Below, piece by piece: positions 45,165 to 55,769 of a stretch of DNA of 64,000 nucleotides (positions are counted from its first letter, which is position 1; each line of letters opens with the position of its first letter). Under the pieces are notes generated by a model, which was not told where the DNA came from, did no database searches, and was given only the letters and a program-made list of their open reading frames with translations. The DNA is taken from the NCBI GenBank assembly GCA_030700155.1, contig JAUYJU010000027.1:5954-69953 (forward strand). Reading direction: 5' to 3'. A program made the position numbers and the translations under genes. The DNA is from Candidatus Nanoarchaeia archaeon. GTDB lineage: Archaea; Nanobdellota; Nanobdellia; SCGC-AAA011-G17; JAUYJU01.

Positions 45165-48100
45165 TTTTTTCCCAAGCTACAAATTCCTTTATTAAATCAA
45201 AATATTCTTTCTCAAGATTTTTAATTATCTCAGGAGATAACTCGTTTATAAAATTATTCCCACGTCCAGGGGTAATTACTTGACTTGAAAGTTTACCATT
45301 TAAATTACTATTAAAGAACCACTTCCTATTATCCAAAGTAACTTCTAGATTAATCGAATTGCTAGGTTCATAATAGTTAACAGTAAAACTTCTGCCGCGT
45401 ATTTCAGTCTCTTCCAAGGAGTATTTAAAAATTCCAGAACCACTATGAGTTTCTGTTTTAAGTGTATCTGAATCAGCTTTTACAATTTCAATTAAATCTT
45501 CAAAAATAGCTACTTTATTTTGAATTATTATTTCATCTTCTGTAATATCATATGAATAGGATGAATCAAATTCTCCAACATCAAAAAGTAGTTCCATAAA
45601 ACCATTTAAATCTTGAACATCAGCTAAGCTAAACAACCTATTAGTTTTCGGAATCTTCAACCCAGCCAAAGGACCAGCTTTATCACCATACCTTATATTT
45701 CTTTTAGAAGCTTCTCCAACTGCTTTTAACAAATTAGACATTTTATTATTCGCATCAGAACTTTGTTTTAGATAAATTCCAACCACTTCCTCAACTAATT
45801 CAGTTTGTATTTCCGCTTCTTGTTCCTCTTCATACTGTTTCTTAAATGCTAAGAAATCTTTTTCTCCAAGATATGTTTTTGCTCTGTCTTCCACTTCAGC
45901 ATCCGGAAGATATGTCGGATCCATTACTTCTTTAGCATCTTCTTCTGTCTCTCCATACTCAGTCATTAATTTAGTGAATATAAGTTGTCTCAATGCAGTT
46001 AAATAAGCTGATTCTACTTTTGCAGTTGGAGTAGGAAGACTTGTGAGTGCAACTCCCCACCTATTATAAGTATTTCCTATTTCAAACTGAGCAACCATTA
46101 CAATATCTAAACTTAAGGATTTATCCATAACTACTTTTAAATTTTCCAGGGCAAGACTAAATTTAGATTGAGTAGTAAGCTCTTTAGCTTGTTTTATTTT
46201 GTCTATAGCAGTTTTATCATCTAAGGCATACTCACTAATAGATTTGTTCAGTCCTTCTAATTCAACTTTCTTTTGTGTTTCATATAATCCTTTATCTAAC
46301 TGTTCTCTTGAATATTCCTGTTGTAAAGCTTGTCTAGCACTTGGCTTATACAACCAGCAAGTTCCTAAATCTCTTCCATCATCATCAGTTCCACAGTTTC
46401 CAACAATTTCCCAATTAGCAGAATCAGTACCTACTCCAGGATTATCTCTTGCGCAAGTTCTTACAATACCTAACTGACCAGCACTTGGTATTCCAGGTAA
46501 AGTGCTAGCTGCAACACCTAAAGCACCAGTAGCTTGATATTCTCCTTTTATACTTCCATAATTTTCAGGAACACATTCTTTCTCTGTTCTGATTTGTTTG
46601 GCAGCTTGATTCTTAACATATTGCTCACTCAAATAATTCATTCCAAAATCAGTTGTAACTTTTCCTGGCCCACAATTTTGTTGTGTTCCATAAAGTTTAG
46701 TAGTTGTGATTATACAAATCTCTGTAAATCCTTCGGGCATTACTCTTTCTAAATTTTCACTGGAATATTCTCCAGCTTTGATTTGTCTATTCGAAACAAT
46801 TGTTATTGGATTAATCAATGGTTTTCCAGGAGCGGGTGTTCCTCTCATAAATAGGCTATAAGTTGTATCTTCATTTTCTCCTGCATAAACATGATAAAAT
46901 ATAGTATACAATGATTGCGGGAATTTATCAACATCTGAATAAGGAACCGCATCAAAGAACGCAGTAAACTGAGGAGGACTTTCAGGTCTTGATACACTGT
47001 TTAATAAATCTCCAACGCTAGGCGATTTTCCAAATATTGCTGCTTTACAAATTTCAGCACCAACTTCTCCAAATCCAGCACCAGCATAACCTGCAAACAC
47101 ATTCTTAGCATAACTCTCAGTAAAGTAACCAACAGCACCTACTGAACTATCTACAGCAGTTGAGAATGCACTATACTCTCCCCCACCAGAACTTGCTCCA
47201 GATACTTTATCTATTAATAATCCTAAAACTCCTTCTTTGGTTCCTAATAATGCTACTCCTTCTCTCCATAATATTTCACATAAGTAATAAGATCTTAATC
47301 TATCACAAATTCCAACTGATCTATCATTCAATTGAGATTCTTTCAAACATTGATTGTAACCTTGTAATATTGATTTTATGTTCTGCAATCCAGCAAGTAT
47401 TCCAGTTAAACAAACCGGCATAACTACATCTCCACCAAACACAACCCAGTTAGGCGCACACAATACTGCTGAACCAACTATTCCAGTTTCAACTACATTA
47501 TCAACCTGCCACTTTCCTCCTAAATTACATCTTGTTGGAGGACAAATTACAGGATCACAAGCATTAAACAATAATTTACAATCTTCAGCACTCATATACT
47601 CAACACAACTTGGTCCTTTAGCTATAGGCGCTGATTTAGCTACAGCATATCTTCCTAACGAACAACCAATATTTGCAGTAGTTGGAATTGCATATCCTGA
47701 TTCAACTTTTTGTCTGCTTAATTGATTATTCATTCCAGCTATGCAATTAGGTAACTGAGATAAACTTTTCTTTAAATTTTGATCATCTGTAGTAGCCTGA
47801 ACAGTATTAATATCACCAACTCTAGCATCTCCAGGACCACCCATTGGAGCATTTGCATAAGGCCTCTCATAAACATAACTTTCTTTAGAATCAATTCTTC
47901 CACCGGTGGTATACTTAACATCAGCATAGTGTCTTGAATCAAGACTTATCTTATCTAAACTACCATCATTCTTTCCCTCAGTAATTACTGTAATCTGACC
48001 TTTATGTTCCTCTTCAGCTTTAGTCTTCTTGCCATCAGCAGTTTGAAGAGCCGGATTTTTAGCTTCTACATATCCCTTTACATAATCAGCATATGCAGTA

Positions 48101-50592
48101 TCATCAGCCACGTTAACTGCACTTAAAGCCTTCTTATACTCTTCTTTATAAAAATAAGAAGCATAATTCGCTTGTAATTGTTTTTGTCTTGCAGTAGCTA
48201 TAATTTCTCTTCTATTACTCTGATCCTTCCAAGTATTCTCTAAATTTCCCTCACCAGCACTAAATCCAATCAAAAGTTTTTCCTGTTCTGTTAACTCACT
48301 CCACTGTTTCGTTTGCATAGATGAAAGCTGGCCATCAACTTTTACTTCTTGGGCCCTCATATCATTCGCTAAATGATTTTTAACAACTACTTCATCAGCA
48401 GGTTTAGCTTTTGCATTTTCAAAACTATAATAATAATCTTTGGCAAAGGCTTCATCAGTTTTAGCAAGTTCTGCAGCTACAGCATTATTTTTATAATTAC
48501 CTTTATTAATATCTTCAACTATTTTCTTAGTTCGTTCGTAATCTTCATTGTATTCTTTTATATTCTCAGAAACATATTGATCAAAACTTCCTTGATAACC
48601 AGAAGCTCTCTGCTGATTGTATTTCTCTTTCCATTCTGGATTTACTTTATTTCTAGTTATAGCTGCGGTGCTTCCAAACACACCAGAAAGCAAGTTCTTA
48701 GCAAACAAAGTTCCAAAAGTTATCAAACATAAATTAGTCCAAAATTTATGCAATTTTTCCATCTGATTAATGTACTTATCTAAATCGTTTATTATGTCAG
48801 CAGTTTTGTTAATTTCTTTTTCAATAGTACTACTAAACAGGGGAATTCCAACAGCTCTTTTCTCAACAGGAATATGTAATTTAAAATTAGTATCACTTGT
48901 TCCTCTTTTAACTTCAGGGAATACACTTAAATAAGCTATTCTCTTTAAATCTAAACTCTTTAACTGTAAATCAATTTTCTTTCCAGAAATTTCAACTTGT
49001 TTTTGATCAAATCCAACATTAATCCTAGTGTTTCCAGATTGTAACAACACATCTCTTGCTCTTATCTGCATTACTTTATAATTAGTTCCGCCTAAATCGA
49101 AAGTTGCACCAGTTTCAACGTTTTGAGATTTGCCATTGATTAAAATTTCAGCTTTAGGCTTCTTCACATCTTTAGCTCTTACAACATCAACTACACTTAT
49201 AGTGACATATTCAGTACCCAAATCACCTAAAATCTTAGTTTCAGATTTAACTTTATTCAAAGCGTTCAATTTTTCCTGTATCAAATCAGCATCTTTCATG
49301 GAAGCAGCATAATTGCTTACTAAAGTCTGCGCAGCTTCTTTTTGTTTGTTAACAAAACCTAAAGTACCATATATCTCTGCTATTTCTCTTTGAGCTTGAG
49401 CAGCTAAATTTCCACTATAACTGTCTACTTTAATATTCCTATCAGCTTCTCTGACAACTTTTTCATAATTAGCTATGGCATAGGCATAAGCTTCTCTTTG
49501 ATTAGTTGGAGTTGCCTTAAGATTAGATCTGGCTTTATTCAATAAAGTTTCAAATTGAGATTCTTCTGTTGTTTGAGTAGTCTTAACCTGTCCAAATTCA
49601 ATATTAAACTTCTCATTAGCCCCATTTATTGAATTTCTTAGTGTAACAACTGCTTTCTTATCATCAGAAGTTATATCATTAACAACCCAATCAGAATTAT
49701 CATATAATCTATCTCCTTTTATCAATCTGACAATATCAGAACCCCCTGTAACTTTCTGAACTAAGAAAACAACTTCATCTTCTTGTCCTCTAATCTGATT
49801 TAATTTTATTCTAAATCTATCATAAGCTCCACTTAATCCAGCTAGACCTTGAACTCCAGTCAAAGGACCAGAAGTTGAACCTTCACTTAATCTTATAGGT
49901 TCTCTAATTACTCTGCCTTGATTATCATACAAAAATAAAGTAGCACCATTCTCATCAATAATATGCGCTCTTAAAAATCCGCCAGAAAAACTATACTGGT
50001 CTCTTTGAGGTAGCCAATCTTGCTCAGTCAAGGCAGGCATACTCAAATCTTTTCTGCTCATAGTTATAGTTTCAGAAATATCAAAGTCAATCCTAGCTTC
50101 AACATCAATATTGATTACATCAGGAACATCATGCTCTTTAGGTATTTTTGAAATTGGAATTACTAAGTAACCAAAATTCCTATAATCAATAAAACCTTGC
50201 GCAGGAGGTAAATACCTTATTGCTCTAACATTGGGAGCTTTTTTACTCGGAGGATCAACAGAAACATTGACAGATTTAATAGCAACATTTCTTATGGCAG
50301 GGATAGTAATTGTAGGATTTGTAGGAGTTCCAATTAACGAAGCATAAACATAAACATCTTGTTCTTCCAATAAACCAGCACGTAAAACTTTAGGTTGATA
50401 AGAATCAACTTGAACTAAAATATCCTCTCCATAAGTTCCAGGCTCTTTAATACCTAACTTGGTTTCTTGCAACTCTTGCCCAAATTGTTGTAAGGTCTGT
50501 TCACCTTGAGTCTGAGCATAAACACTAGCAGAAGATATTGGTATCATAACTACCAAAAACATACAAAATAATGCATTCAATCTTTTTTTCAT
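45157..50592 (-). CDS. Giant secreted or surface protein (1811 aa)
   Basis: N-terminal signal peptide (MKKRLNALFCMFLVVMIPISSASVYAQ), a Cys-rich central region and a long uninterrupted ORF in AT-rich DNA. It overlaps the 683-aa gene by 4 nt. Confidence 0.6.
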   Translation of the reverse strand: MKKRLNALFCMFLVVMIPISSASVYAQTQGEQTLQQFGQELQETKLGIKEPGTYGEDILVQVDSYQPKVLRAGLLEEQDVYVYASLIGTPTNPTITIPAIRNVAIKSVNVSVDPPSKKAPNVRAIRYLPPAQGFIDYRNFGYLVIPISKIPKEHDVPDVINIDVEARIDFDISETITMSRKDLSMPALTEQDWLPQRDQYSFSGGFLRAHIIDENGATLFLYDNQGRVIREPIRLSEGSTSGPLTGVQGLAGLSGAYDRFRIKLNQIRGQEDEVVFLVQKVTGGSDIVRLIKGDRLYDNSDWVVNDITSDDKKAVVTLRNSINGANEKFNIEFGQVKTTQTTEESQFETLLNKARSNLKATPTNQREAYAYAIANYEKVVREADRNIKVDSYSGNLAAQAQREIAEIYGTLGFVNKQKEAAQTLVSNYAASMKDADLIQEKLNALNKVKSETKILGDLGTEYVTISVVDVVRAKDVKKPKAEILINGKSQNVETGATFDLGGTNYKVMQIRARDVLLQSGNTRINVGFDQKQVEISGKKIDLQLKSLDLKRIAYLSVFPEVKRGTSDTNFKLHIPVEKRAVGIPLFSSTIEKEINKTADIINDLDKYINQMEKLHKFWTNLCLITFGTLFAKNLLSGVFGSTAAITRNKVNPEWKEKYNQQRASGYQGSFDQYVSENIKEYNEDYERTKKIVEDINKGNYKNNAVAAELAKTDEAFAKDYYYSFENAKAKPADEVVVKNHLANDMRAQEVKVDGQLSSMQTKQWSELTEQEKLLIGFSAGEGNLENTWKDQSNRREIIATARQKQLQANYASYFYKEEYKKALSAVNVADDTAYADYVKGYVEAKNPALQTADGKKTKAEEEHKGQITVITEGKNDGSLDKISLDSRHYADVKYTTGGRIDSKESYVYERPYANAPMGGPGDARVGDINTVQATTDDQNLKKSLSQLPNCIAGMNNQLSRQKVESGYAIPTTANIGCSLGRYAVAKSAPIAKGPSCVEYMSAEDCKLLFNACDPVICPPTRCNLGGKWQVDNVVETGIVGSAVLCAPNWVVFGGDVVMPVCLTGILAGLQNIKSILQGYNQCLKESQLNDRSVGICDRLRSYYLCEILWREGVALLGTKEGVLGLLIDKVSGASSGGGEYSAFSTAVDSSVGAVGYFTESYAKNVFAGYAGAGFGEVGAEICKAAIFGKSPSVGDLLNSVSRPESPPQFTAFFDAVPYSDVDKFPQSLYTIFYHVYAGENEDTTYSLFMRGTPAPGKPLINPITIVSNRQIKAGEYSSENLERVMPEGFTEICIITTTKLYGTQQNCGPGKVTTDFGMNYLSEQYVKNQAAKQIRTEKECVPENYGSIKGEYQATGALGVAASTLPGIPSAGQLGIVRTCARDNPGVGTDSANWEIVGNCGTDDDGRDLGTCWLYKPSARQALQQEYSREQLDKGLYETQKKVELEGLNKSISEYALDDKTAIDKIKQAKELTTQSKFSLALENLKVVMDKSLSLDIVMVAQFEIGNTYNRWGVALTSLPTPTAKVESAYLTALRQLIFTKLMTEYGETEEDAKEVMDPTYLPDAEVEDRAKTYLGEKDFLAFKKQYEEEQEAEIQTELVEEVVGIYLKQSSDANNKMSNLLKAVGEASKRNIRYGDKAGPLAGLKIPKTNRLFSLADVQDLNGFMELLFDVGEFDSSYSYDITEDEIIIQNKVAIFEDLIEIVKADSDTLKTETHSGSGIFKYSLEETEIRGRSFTVNYYEPSNSINLEVTLDNRKWFFNSNLNGKLSSQVITPGRGNNFINELSPEIIKNLEKEYFDLIKEFVAWEKNE

Positions 50593-52640
50593 CTAATCTC
50601 CGGTTTCCTGAAATTAGGATTCTGTGAATTAGTCTTTATATTTTGTGATATCTGTCCAACTTCTTCTAAAGTATTAGGTACTTTATCTCTAAAGCTATAC
50701 AACAAAACAGTATTTCCAGTTGCTAATTGTCCAGCACTAACACTCCAATCAAAGTTAGCCCCTCCAATCAAGGCATTTGTCAATGTAGTTCCTTCAATTG
50801 TAGTAGATCTGCATTCTTTCTTAGTTGATCCGATCAAACCCAAAATTCCAGGTCTAGGAACCTCAGTACAAGTTTCAACTTGACTTGCAGGAACTTTTAT
50901 TCCTTTAGTATCTTCTAACATCACTTGTGAACTCACTGCATAAATTCCAGAAGTTAATTTAATTGTTTCAGATCCGGGCCATACTGCATTTGCAACGTAA
51001 TCATTATCTAAGTTTTGTAAAGTAAATACTATCTTTTCATTTGCAGCTAAATTTCTTACATCTCCGCTGCTTGTAATCAGTCTAACATCTAAATTTAACT
51101 CATAAATTTTATCCATAATTACAGATACTATTGAATCACTTGTAGTTGACAATTGTTCTTCTCCAATCCAATAACCTTCTCTCTCAGCCTGAACAAATCC
51201 ATTTATACATAAGGGGAATTTAGTTTCCAATCCATCATTTCCAGTAACTCCCATCTGACAAACAGTATTAATACATTTATAATTTATTCTTGCACCCTGA
51301 ACTTGGGTTAATCTTCCAGCAACATCAGGAGCTAAAGCATAAACTTTTGTGTCAACTACACCTTTATCACAAATTGGAATTTCAGTATCATAGTTATAAT
51401 CAATGCTAACTCTGTTTTCCCTTGCTTGGTTATTATCTATAATACTCATTAAACCAAATTGGAATATATAATCACCATCACTTAATATAACTACAACAGG
51501 GTATTTAATATCATAAACAAAATGATATTGATTCAAACAAAATAAACTAGCTAAATAAGCTGCTCCTGCATTCTCTAAAGTATATGGTTCTCCTCTCAAT
51601 AATTCTTTATCTTTGTGAGAAACAACTTCAATATAAGTAGGCCAGTCAGCAGAATATAAGAAATTAACTCCAACATCAGCCCCACTAACACCAGCATCAA
51701 CTTCGTAATATCTATGAGATTGATCACTTAAGATATAATCAGTATTTTCAATTTTTATGTAAGCTAAATTAGTTTCAAGTATATTCTTCAAGCTAGTTAC
51801 AACCTGAGATTTTGTCCAAGTCCTAGGACTACAATCAAAATCAACACCTGAAAATGGAATTTCATCATAAACAATCATATCATCTAAGGTTTTATTCTCT
51901 AAAAACATCTCTCTATTCTCAGTTTCAAGTATATCCAAGGCTATTTCATACAACCTTCCTAAAGGAATATCTACTTTTTCATAGAATTTTTCAAATTTAA
52001 ACTCAAAGTCCCTTAAATCTAAATCAACAGGATAATCTACAGAAACTAAAACTTGGTCGTCATCAATTTCAACACTACTTATTGGTCTTCCAGCCTGAAC
52101 AGAATATCCTTGTTCTCCAAATTGTTCATAATTAAAACATTTATTCAAATTATTATCCAAATAACTTTCTAATTCTATCTGCATTTGACTTATACTAGGC
52201 ACCTGCTCCCTTTGAATTCCAGCACTATTCTCATAATACCAGTAAGGAACTTCAGCCCCGCCACCTAATTCAACAGAATTAGAAAAAGGATTTAATGGAT
52301 TTCTTACAGTTAAATCTTCAGGAATATCAATATAACCTGATTGAGCCCCCAAAAGTCTAGCCCCTTGCTCAGCTACTTCTTTTACGCATGATTCTACATG
52401 GGTTTTTATTAACTGAGCTTGACTTGGAACACTGGCAGCTTTCTCTCTTTCCCTCTCCCATCCGGATTTTAAAACTTGAGAACTGAAAAAGTAAGCAGTA
52501 ACTACAGCCGCAACAATAACAATTCCAATAATCACAAAAACAGTAACCTGCCCCTTACTTTTTGCCACTCTTCTCCCTCCGTAACTTCTCTTCCAGGGCT
52601 TCATTAATAGTCTGCTGAATGGTCTTCCCACTAAGCGCAC
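50589..52640 (-). CDS. Large extracellular protein with an archaeal class III (type IV pilin-like) signal peptide
   Basis: The N-terminus RRVAKSKGQVTVFVIIGIVIVAAVV has the basic-region/KG|Q/hydrophobic-core pattern of prepilin-peptidase substrates. The likely start is MKPWKR at 52604. Confidence 0.5.
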   Translation of the reverse strand: MRLVGRPFSRLLMKPWKRSYGGRRVAKSKGQVTVFVIIGIVIVAAVVTAYFFSSQVLKSGWEREREKAASVPSQAQLIKTHVESCVKEVAEQGARLLGAQSGYIDIPEDLTVRNPLNPFSNSVELGGGAEVPYWYYENSAGIQREQVPSISQMQIELESYLDNNLNKCFNYEQFGEQGYSVQAGRPISSVEIDDDQVLVSVDYPVDLDLRDFEFKFEKFYEKVDIPLGRLYEIALDILETENREMFLENKTLDDMIVYDEIPFSGVDFDCSPRTWTKSQVVTSLKNILETNLAYIKIENTDYILSDQSHRYYEVDAGVSGADVGVNFLYSADWPTYIEVVSHKDKELLRGEPYTLENAGAAYLASLFCLNQYHFVYDIKYPVVVILSDGDYIFQFGLMSIIDNNQARENRVSIDYNYDTEIPICDKGVVDTKVYALAPDVAGRLTQVQGARINYKCINTVCQMGVTGNDGLETKFPLCINGFVQAEREGYWIGEEQLSTTSDSIVSVIMDKIYELNLDVRLITSSGDVRNLAANEKIVFTLQNLDNDYVANAVWPGSETIKLTSGIYAVSSQVMLEDTKGIKVPASQVETCTEVPRPGILGLIGSTKKECRSTTIEGTTLTNALIGGANFDWSVSAGQLATGNTVLLYSFRDKVPNTLEEVGQISQNIKTNSQNPNFRKPEIR

Positions 52641-52786
52641 AAGCCACTTTCAGTTTCTTATGCAGTTCATTTTCAATTTCTACGTTGACTCTTCCCATTA
52701 TAAGTTATATAACCTACCTAATAAAACTAAGTAATATAACTTATTTCAAATTAATAAAGCTTTTGGTCTTAAACCAAAAATTAGAG

Positions 52787-54190
52787 TTATTTAATCTCTT
52801 CAGCAACTTGCTTATTCAGCACCTGCGCAGCTAATTTCAAGAATTCTTCCTCTTTTTCCTGTGGAATAGTAGCTCCAGCAGCTAATCTATGTCCTCCTCC
52901 TTCTCCACCAGTAGTCTTCAGAATCTTCTTAACTAATTCATTCAGATTAATATGGCTATCAGAAAATCCAGCTATCCTTGTACTAACTTTACTTTCTTCC
53001 CCCAAAGTATGCGCAACTCCAACAATAACCGTTCCATCATCATACAAATTACTTTTAGAAACAATTGAAGTCAAAGTTCCAATTAAAGTATCTCTTACTG
53101 AGTCTTCAGCATTTATCAAAACATAACCTTTGCCTTCTTTTACTTTATCAGTGCCTCTGTGATTATAAAACCATTCCAAAGACTGAATTATGTCTCTTCT
53201 ATACTGATTTAATAAATTCACAGCTTTAATTTTAAAGGTTGCGTCTCCTAAACAGGTTGCAATTCCTAAACTGGGTTTTCCCAATCTACCGCAGCAATTC
53301 AATAAAGTAGAAAATTCTCTGACATCTCTTGTTGGACTTTCATCATTTTCACCTTTTATCAAATAAATAGGACCAAATATATCTCCGGGGTTTTCTTCAC
53401 TTCCCATTCTCTTCAAAATAATTGCAGTAATTAATCTTCTCATCTCATCTTCAGTCAAATCAGACAGTCTTCTATGTTTCCCTTTGTCTTTTACTTTGAT
53501 ATTAATATCCTCTAAAAATTTTATAGCTCCTTTTTCATTACCGGTAACATTTGGGATATAAGGATTTGTACTGTATTCTAAAACTTTATACAAAGGTTTA
53601 GTTTGCATTCCAAACATTCTCAAACTTTCTTTCACTTCTAATTTAGCAAATTCAGAAGCTTCATTCATAATCAAAGAATTAACTCCATAAAATCCATTCT
53701 TCTCCTGATTATCTCCTATGGCCCCTATAATTGCTAAATGAGCCAAATCCTTATTTTCCTCATTAATAGCTTTGGCAAATAAATAACAAACACCAGCTGC
53801 GCTGATATCTTTAGCCCCATCTAAATTAAAAATATAAGGATTAATATGCACAGCAAAAATTGGTTTATAATCTTCAGGTTTATGATGGTCTAAAATAAAA
53901 ATATTTTTCCCTTTCAAAGTTTTCTCAATTGAACTTAGTAAATTAGAACCAATATCTACAAAAATTATAGTTTCATATTGTTCAATTTTAAATGTATTAA
54001 GAACTTCATTAGTTAATTGTCTTAATATAGACAAAGAAAATTTTATTCCTTCCTTGGAAAAAGCAGAAACTAAAATTGCTGCAGCTGCAATACCATCGCA
54101 ATCGTGATTGCTAACTATCTTTATTGGTTTAGTTCTATCTAAGTGGCTAAACTTCTCAGCCACCCCCCGGAAGGCCTCAATAAAATCCAT
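52787..54190 (-). CDS. DHH-family phosphoesterase, archaeal RecJ/Cdc45-like (GAN-like) nuclease
   Basis: DHH motif region VSNHDCDGIAAAAIL, the DHHA1 C-terminal GGGH motif and a length of 467 aa. Confidence 0.7.
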   Translation of the reverse strand: MDFIEAFRGVAEKFSHLDRTKPIKIVSNHDCDGIAAAAILVSAFSKEGIKFSLSILRQLTNEVLNTFKIEQYETIIFVDIGSNLLSSIEKTLKGKNIFILDHHKPEDYKPIFAVHINPYIFNLDGAKDISAAGVCYLFAKAINEENKDLAHLAIIGAIGDNQEKNGFYGVNSLIMNEASEFAKLEVKESLRMFGMQTKPLYKVLEYSTNPYIPNVTGNEKGAIKFLEDINIKVKDKGKHRRLSDLTEDEMRRLITAIILKRMGSEENPGDIFGPIYLIKGENDESPTRDVREFSTLLNCCGRLGKPSLGIATCLGDATFKIKAVNLLNQYRRDIIQSLEWFYNHRGTDKVKEGKGYVLINAEDSVRDTLIGTLTSIVSKSNLYDDGTVIVGVAHTLGEESKVSTRIAGFSDSHINLNELVKKILKTTGGEGGGHRLAAGATIPQEKEEEFLKLAAQVLNKQVAEEIK

Positions 54191-54205
54191 CTTTTTTAAA
54201 ACTAG

Positions 54206-54664
54206 TTAAGACTCTACCAATACTTTAGCTTTAGCTCTATCATATTGCCATTCAACTGGTAGCTTGCCTTCTCTTTTATAATATTTAGCAAGTCTTAAAA
54301 TTTTACTTAATGTTAAGATCAATCCTCTTTTAACAGACTCATCTTTCTTATTAATTTCCATATGCTTCATTAATCTAATATCTTTTCTTATCAAATTTCT
54401 TACATCTTCAGGTAAGTTTGATTTTAATTTATTTTCTTCTAAAATTTGATTTATTTTCTTCTTAGTTATTGCTTTAACATCAGGTACGCCGTAAGCATCC
54501 CTTAAATTAATTCCAATTTGACTTGAAGTATTTCCAGATTTAGCTAATTTAACAACTAATTGTTCAACGGTTTTAGCATCATGAGTTACCCATGAAGGTA
54601 CAGGTCTTCCTATTGGTTTTCTACTTCCAGACTTTCCTCTTGCCCTTGAATGCATCTTTGCCAT
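54206..54664 (-). CDS. rps15: 30S ribosomal protein S15 (S13e)
   Basis: MAKMHSRARGKSGSRKP... matches archaeal S15. Confidence 0.85.
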   Translation of the reverse strand: MAKMHSRARGKSGSRKPIGRPVPSWVTHDAKTVEQLVVKLAKSGNTSSQIGINLRDAYGVPDVKAITKKKINQILEENKLKSNLPEDVRNLIRKDIRLMKHMEINKKDESVKRGLILTLSKILRLAKYYKREGKLPVEWQYDRAKAKVLVES

Positions 54665-54895
54665 TGTTTTAGTAACCTAGAATAAGCTAATATTCCAGGC
54701 ATAAGTTAGTCGAAACCGACTCATCCTTCTAGTGTAAACTAGTAACTATGTTTATAAAGGTTTTGTCCACCTTTATTTCATAAAATAATAGATAGCTCCT
54801 ACGACGACAACAACGATTATTGCCCATCCAAGCCATCCTAAAGCTCTTTTATTCATAGATTAATACACCTACTCAAGAATTTATAAAGTTATCCA

Positions 54896-54968
54896 TAGTC
54901 CCAGGCGGATTCGAACCGCCGTTACAAGGTCCAGAACCTCGTGTGCTTGGCCTCTACACTATGGGACT
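54896..54968 (-). tRNA. tRNA-Gln (anticodon CUG)
   Basis: 73-nt manual fold: acceptor AGTCCCA/TGGGACT, D-stem GTGT/GCAC, anticodon stem CGAGG/CCTTG with loop TTCTGGA, TΨC arm GGCGG/TTCGAAT/CCGCC. Confidence 0.8.
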
Positions 54969-55018
54969 TTGATTTAAATTATGATTAAACAATTTATAAA
55001 GATTTCCAGATTAAAAAA

Positions 55019-55127
55019 TAGCCCCGCCCGGATTTGAACCGGGGTCACAGGCCCCAAAAACCCGTATCCTTGGCCGTTATCTCTGGTCATAAGGTTACCC
55101 TCAAAAACCAGTCTAGACGACGGGGCT
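55019..55127 (-). tRNA. tRNA gene of about 109 nt with an intervening sequence; isotype unresolved
   Basis: Perfect 7-bp acceptor stem (AGCCCCG/CGGGGCT), a perfect TΨC arm (CCCGG/TTCAAAT/CCGGG) and discriminator A. No canonical D or anticodon arm can be drawn, which suggests an intron of about 35 nt or more at a non-canonical position, or two introns. Confidence 0.5.
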
Positions 55128-55163
55128 ATTAGACTAAATTCAAATTAAAACTACTTATAAAAC

Positions 55164-55769
55164 TTACTGCTTCTTTCCTTTATATCTTCCACGAGCATCA
55201 ACTTTTTCTAGCCTACTTAAAACTTCTTCAGCAAGTTCGTAACTTTGTTTATATCCTTTAAGAACACAATTAAAAGAATCATCAAAATGTTCATGATGTC
55301 TACTCTCCAAAGCATGTTTAAGCAAATTTAAATCAACTGCTTTATCTTCATTTTTTATAGAATTAAAACCAAGTCCAAAATCAATAAAGATTACTTTATC
55401 TCCATTAAGCATCATGTTAGAAGTAGTCAAGTCACCATGGATTATATTTTGTTTATGCAGACTTCCAACACACTTTCCAATTTCAATGCAGGTATTTTCT
55501 CTTTTTTTCTTGTCCATATAATCTAAAACATCTTTCAATAAAGGACCATCAATAAATTCCATAACTATCTTCATATCTTTTTCAGAAAAATCAATTACTT
55601 TTGGTGCATTTTCAACTTTCTTCAGTAATTTAACTTCTTGTCTAGTTCTTGATTTGCGTAGCTTATCATCAATCTCAGAAATCCTATAATCTTTTTTCAC
55701 CCTTTCTTTTACGATTGTATTTCCATCCAAAGATATAACAGCTTCAGCACCTTGTTTTAAAAATTTCAT
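55164..55769 (-). CDS. bud32: Bud32-type protein kinase (KEOPS component, Kae1-associated)
   Basis: Small RIO-like kinase with a catalytic loop IIHGDLTTSNMML. 201 aa. Confidence 0.8.
   Translation of the reverse strand: MKFLKQGAEAVISLDGNTIVKERVKKDYRISEIDDKLRKSRTRQEVKLLKKVENAPKVIDFSEKDMKIVMEFIDGPLLKDVLDYMDKKKRENTCIEIGKCVGSLHKQNIIHGDLTTSNMMLNGDKVIFIDFGLGFNSIKNEDKAVDLNLLKHALESRHHEHFDDSFNCVLKGYKQSYELAEEVLSRLEKVDARGRYKGKKQ

Noticed and set aside
46199-49312. Six small plus-strand ORFs (60 to 119 aa)
   Set aside because: All lie inside the 1811-aa minus-strand gene. They are antisense artefacts.
20133-54190. Inteins in GlyRS, RecJ-like, Orc1/Cdc6 or TFB
   Set aside because: All have lengths typical of intein-free homologs and show no internal LAGLIDADG or HNH blocks. 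The LAGLIDADG proteins in the window are free-standing.
54773-54856. 27-aa hydrophobic minus-strand ORF (MNKRALGWLGWAIIVVVVVGAIYYFMK)
   Set aside because: Could be a real small membrane peptide, but it is too short and lacks context support. Not called.
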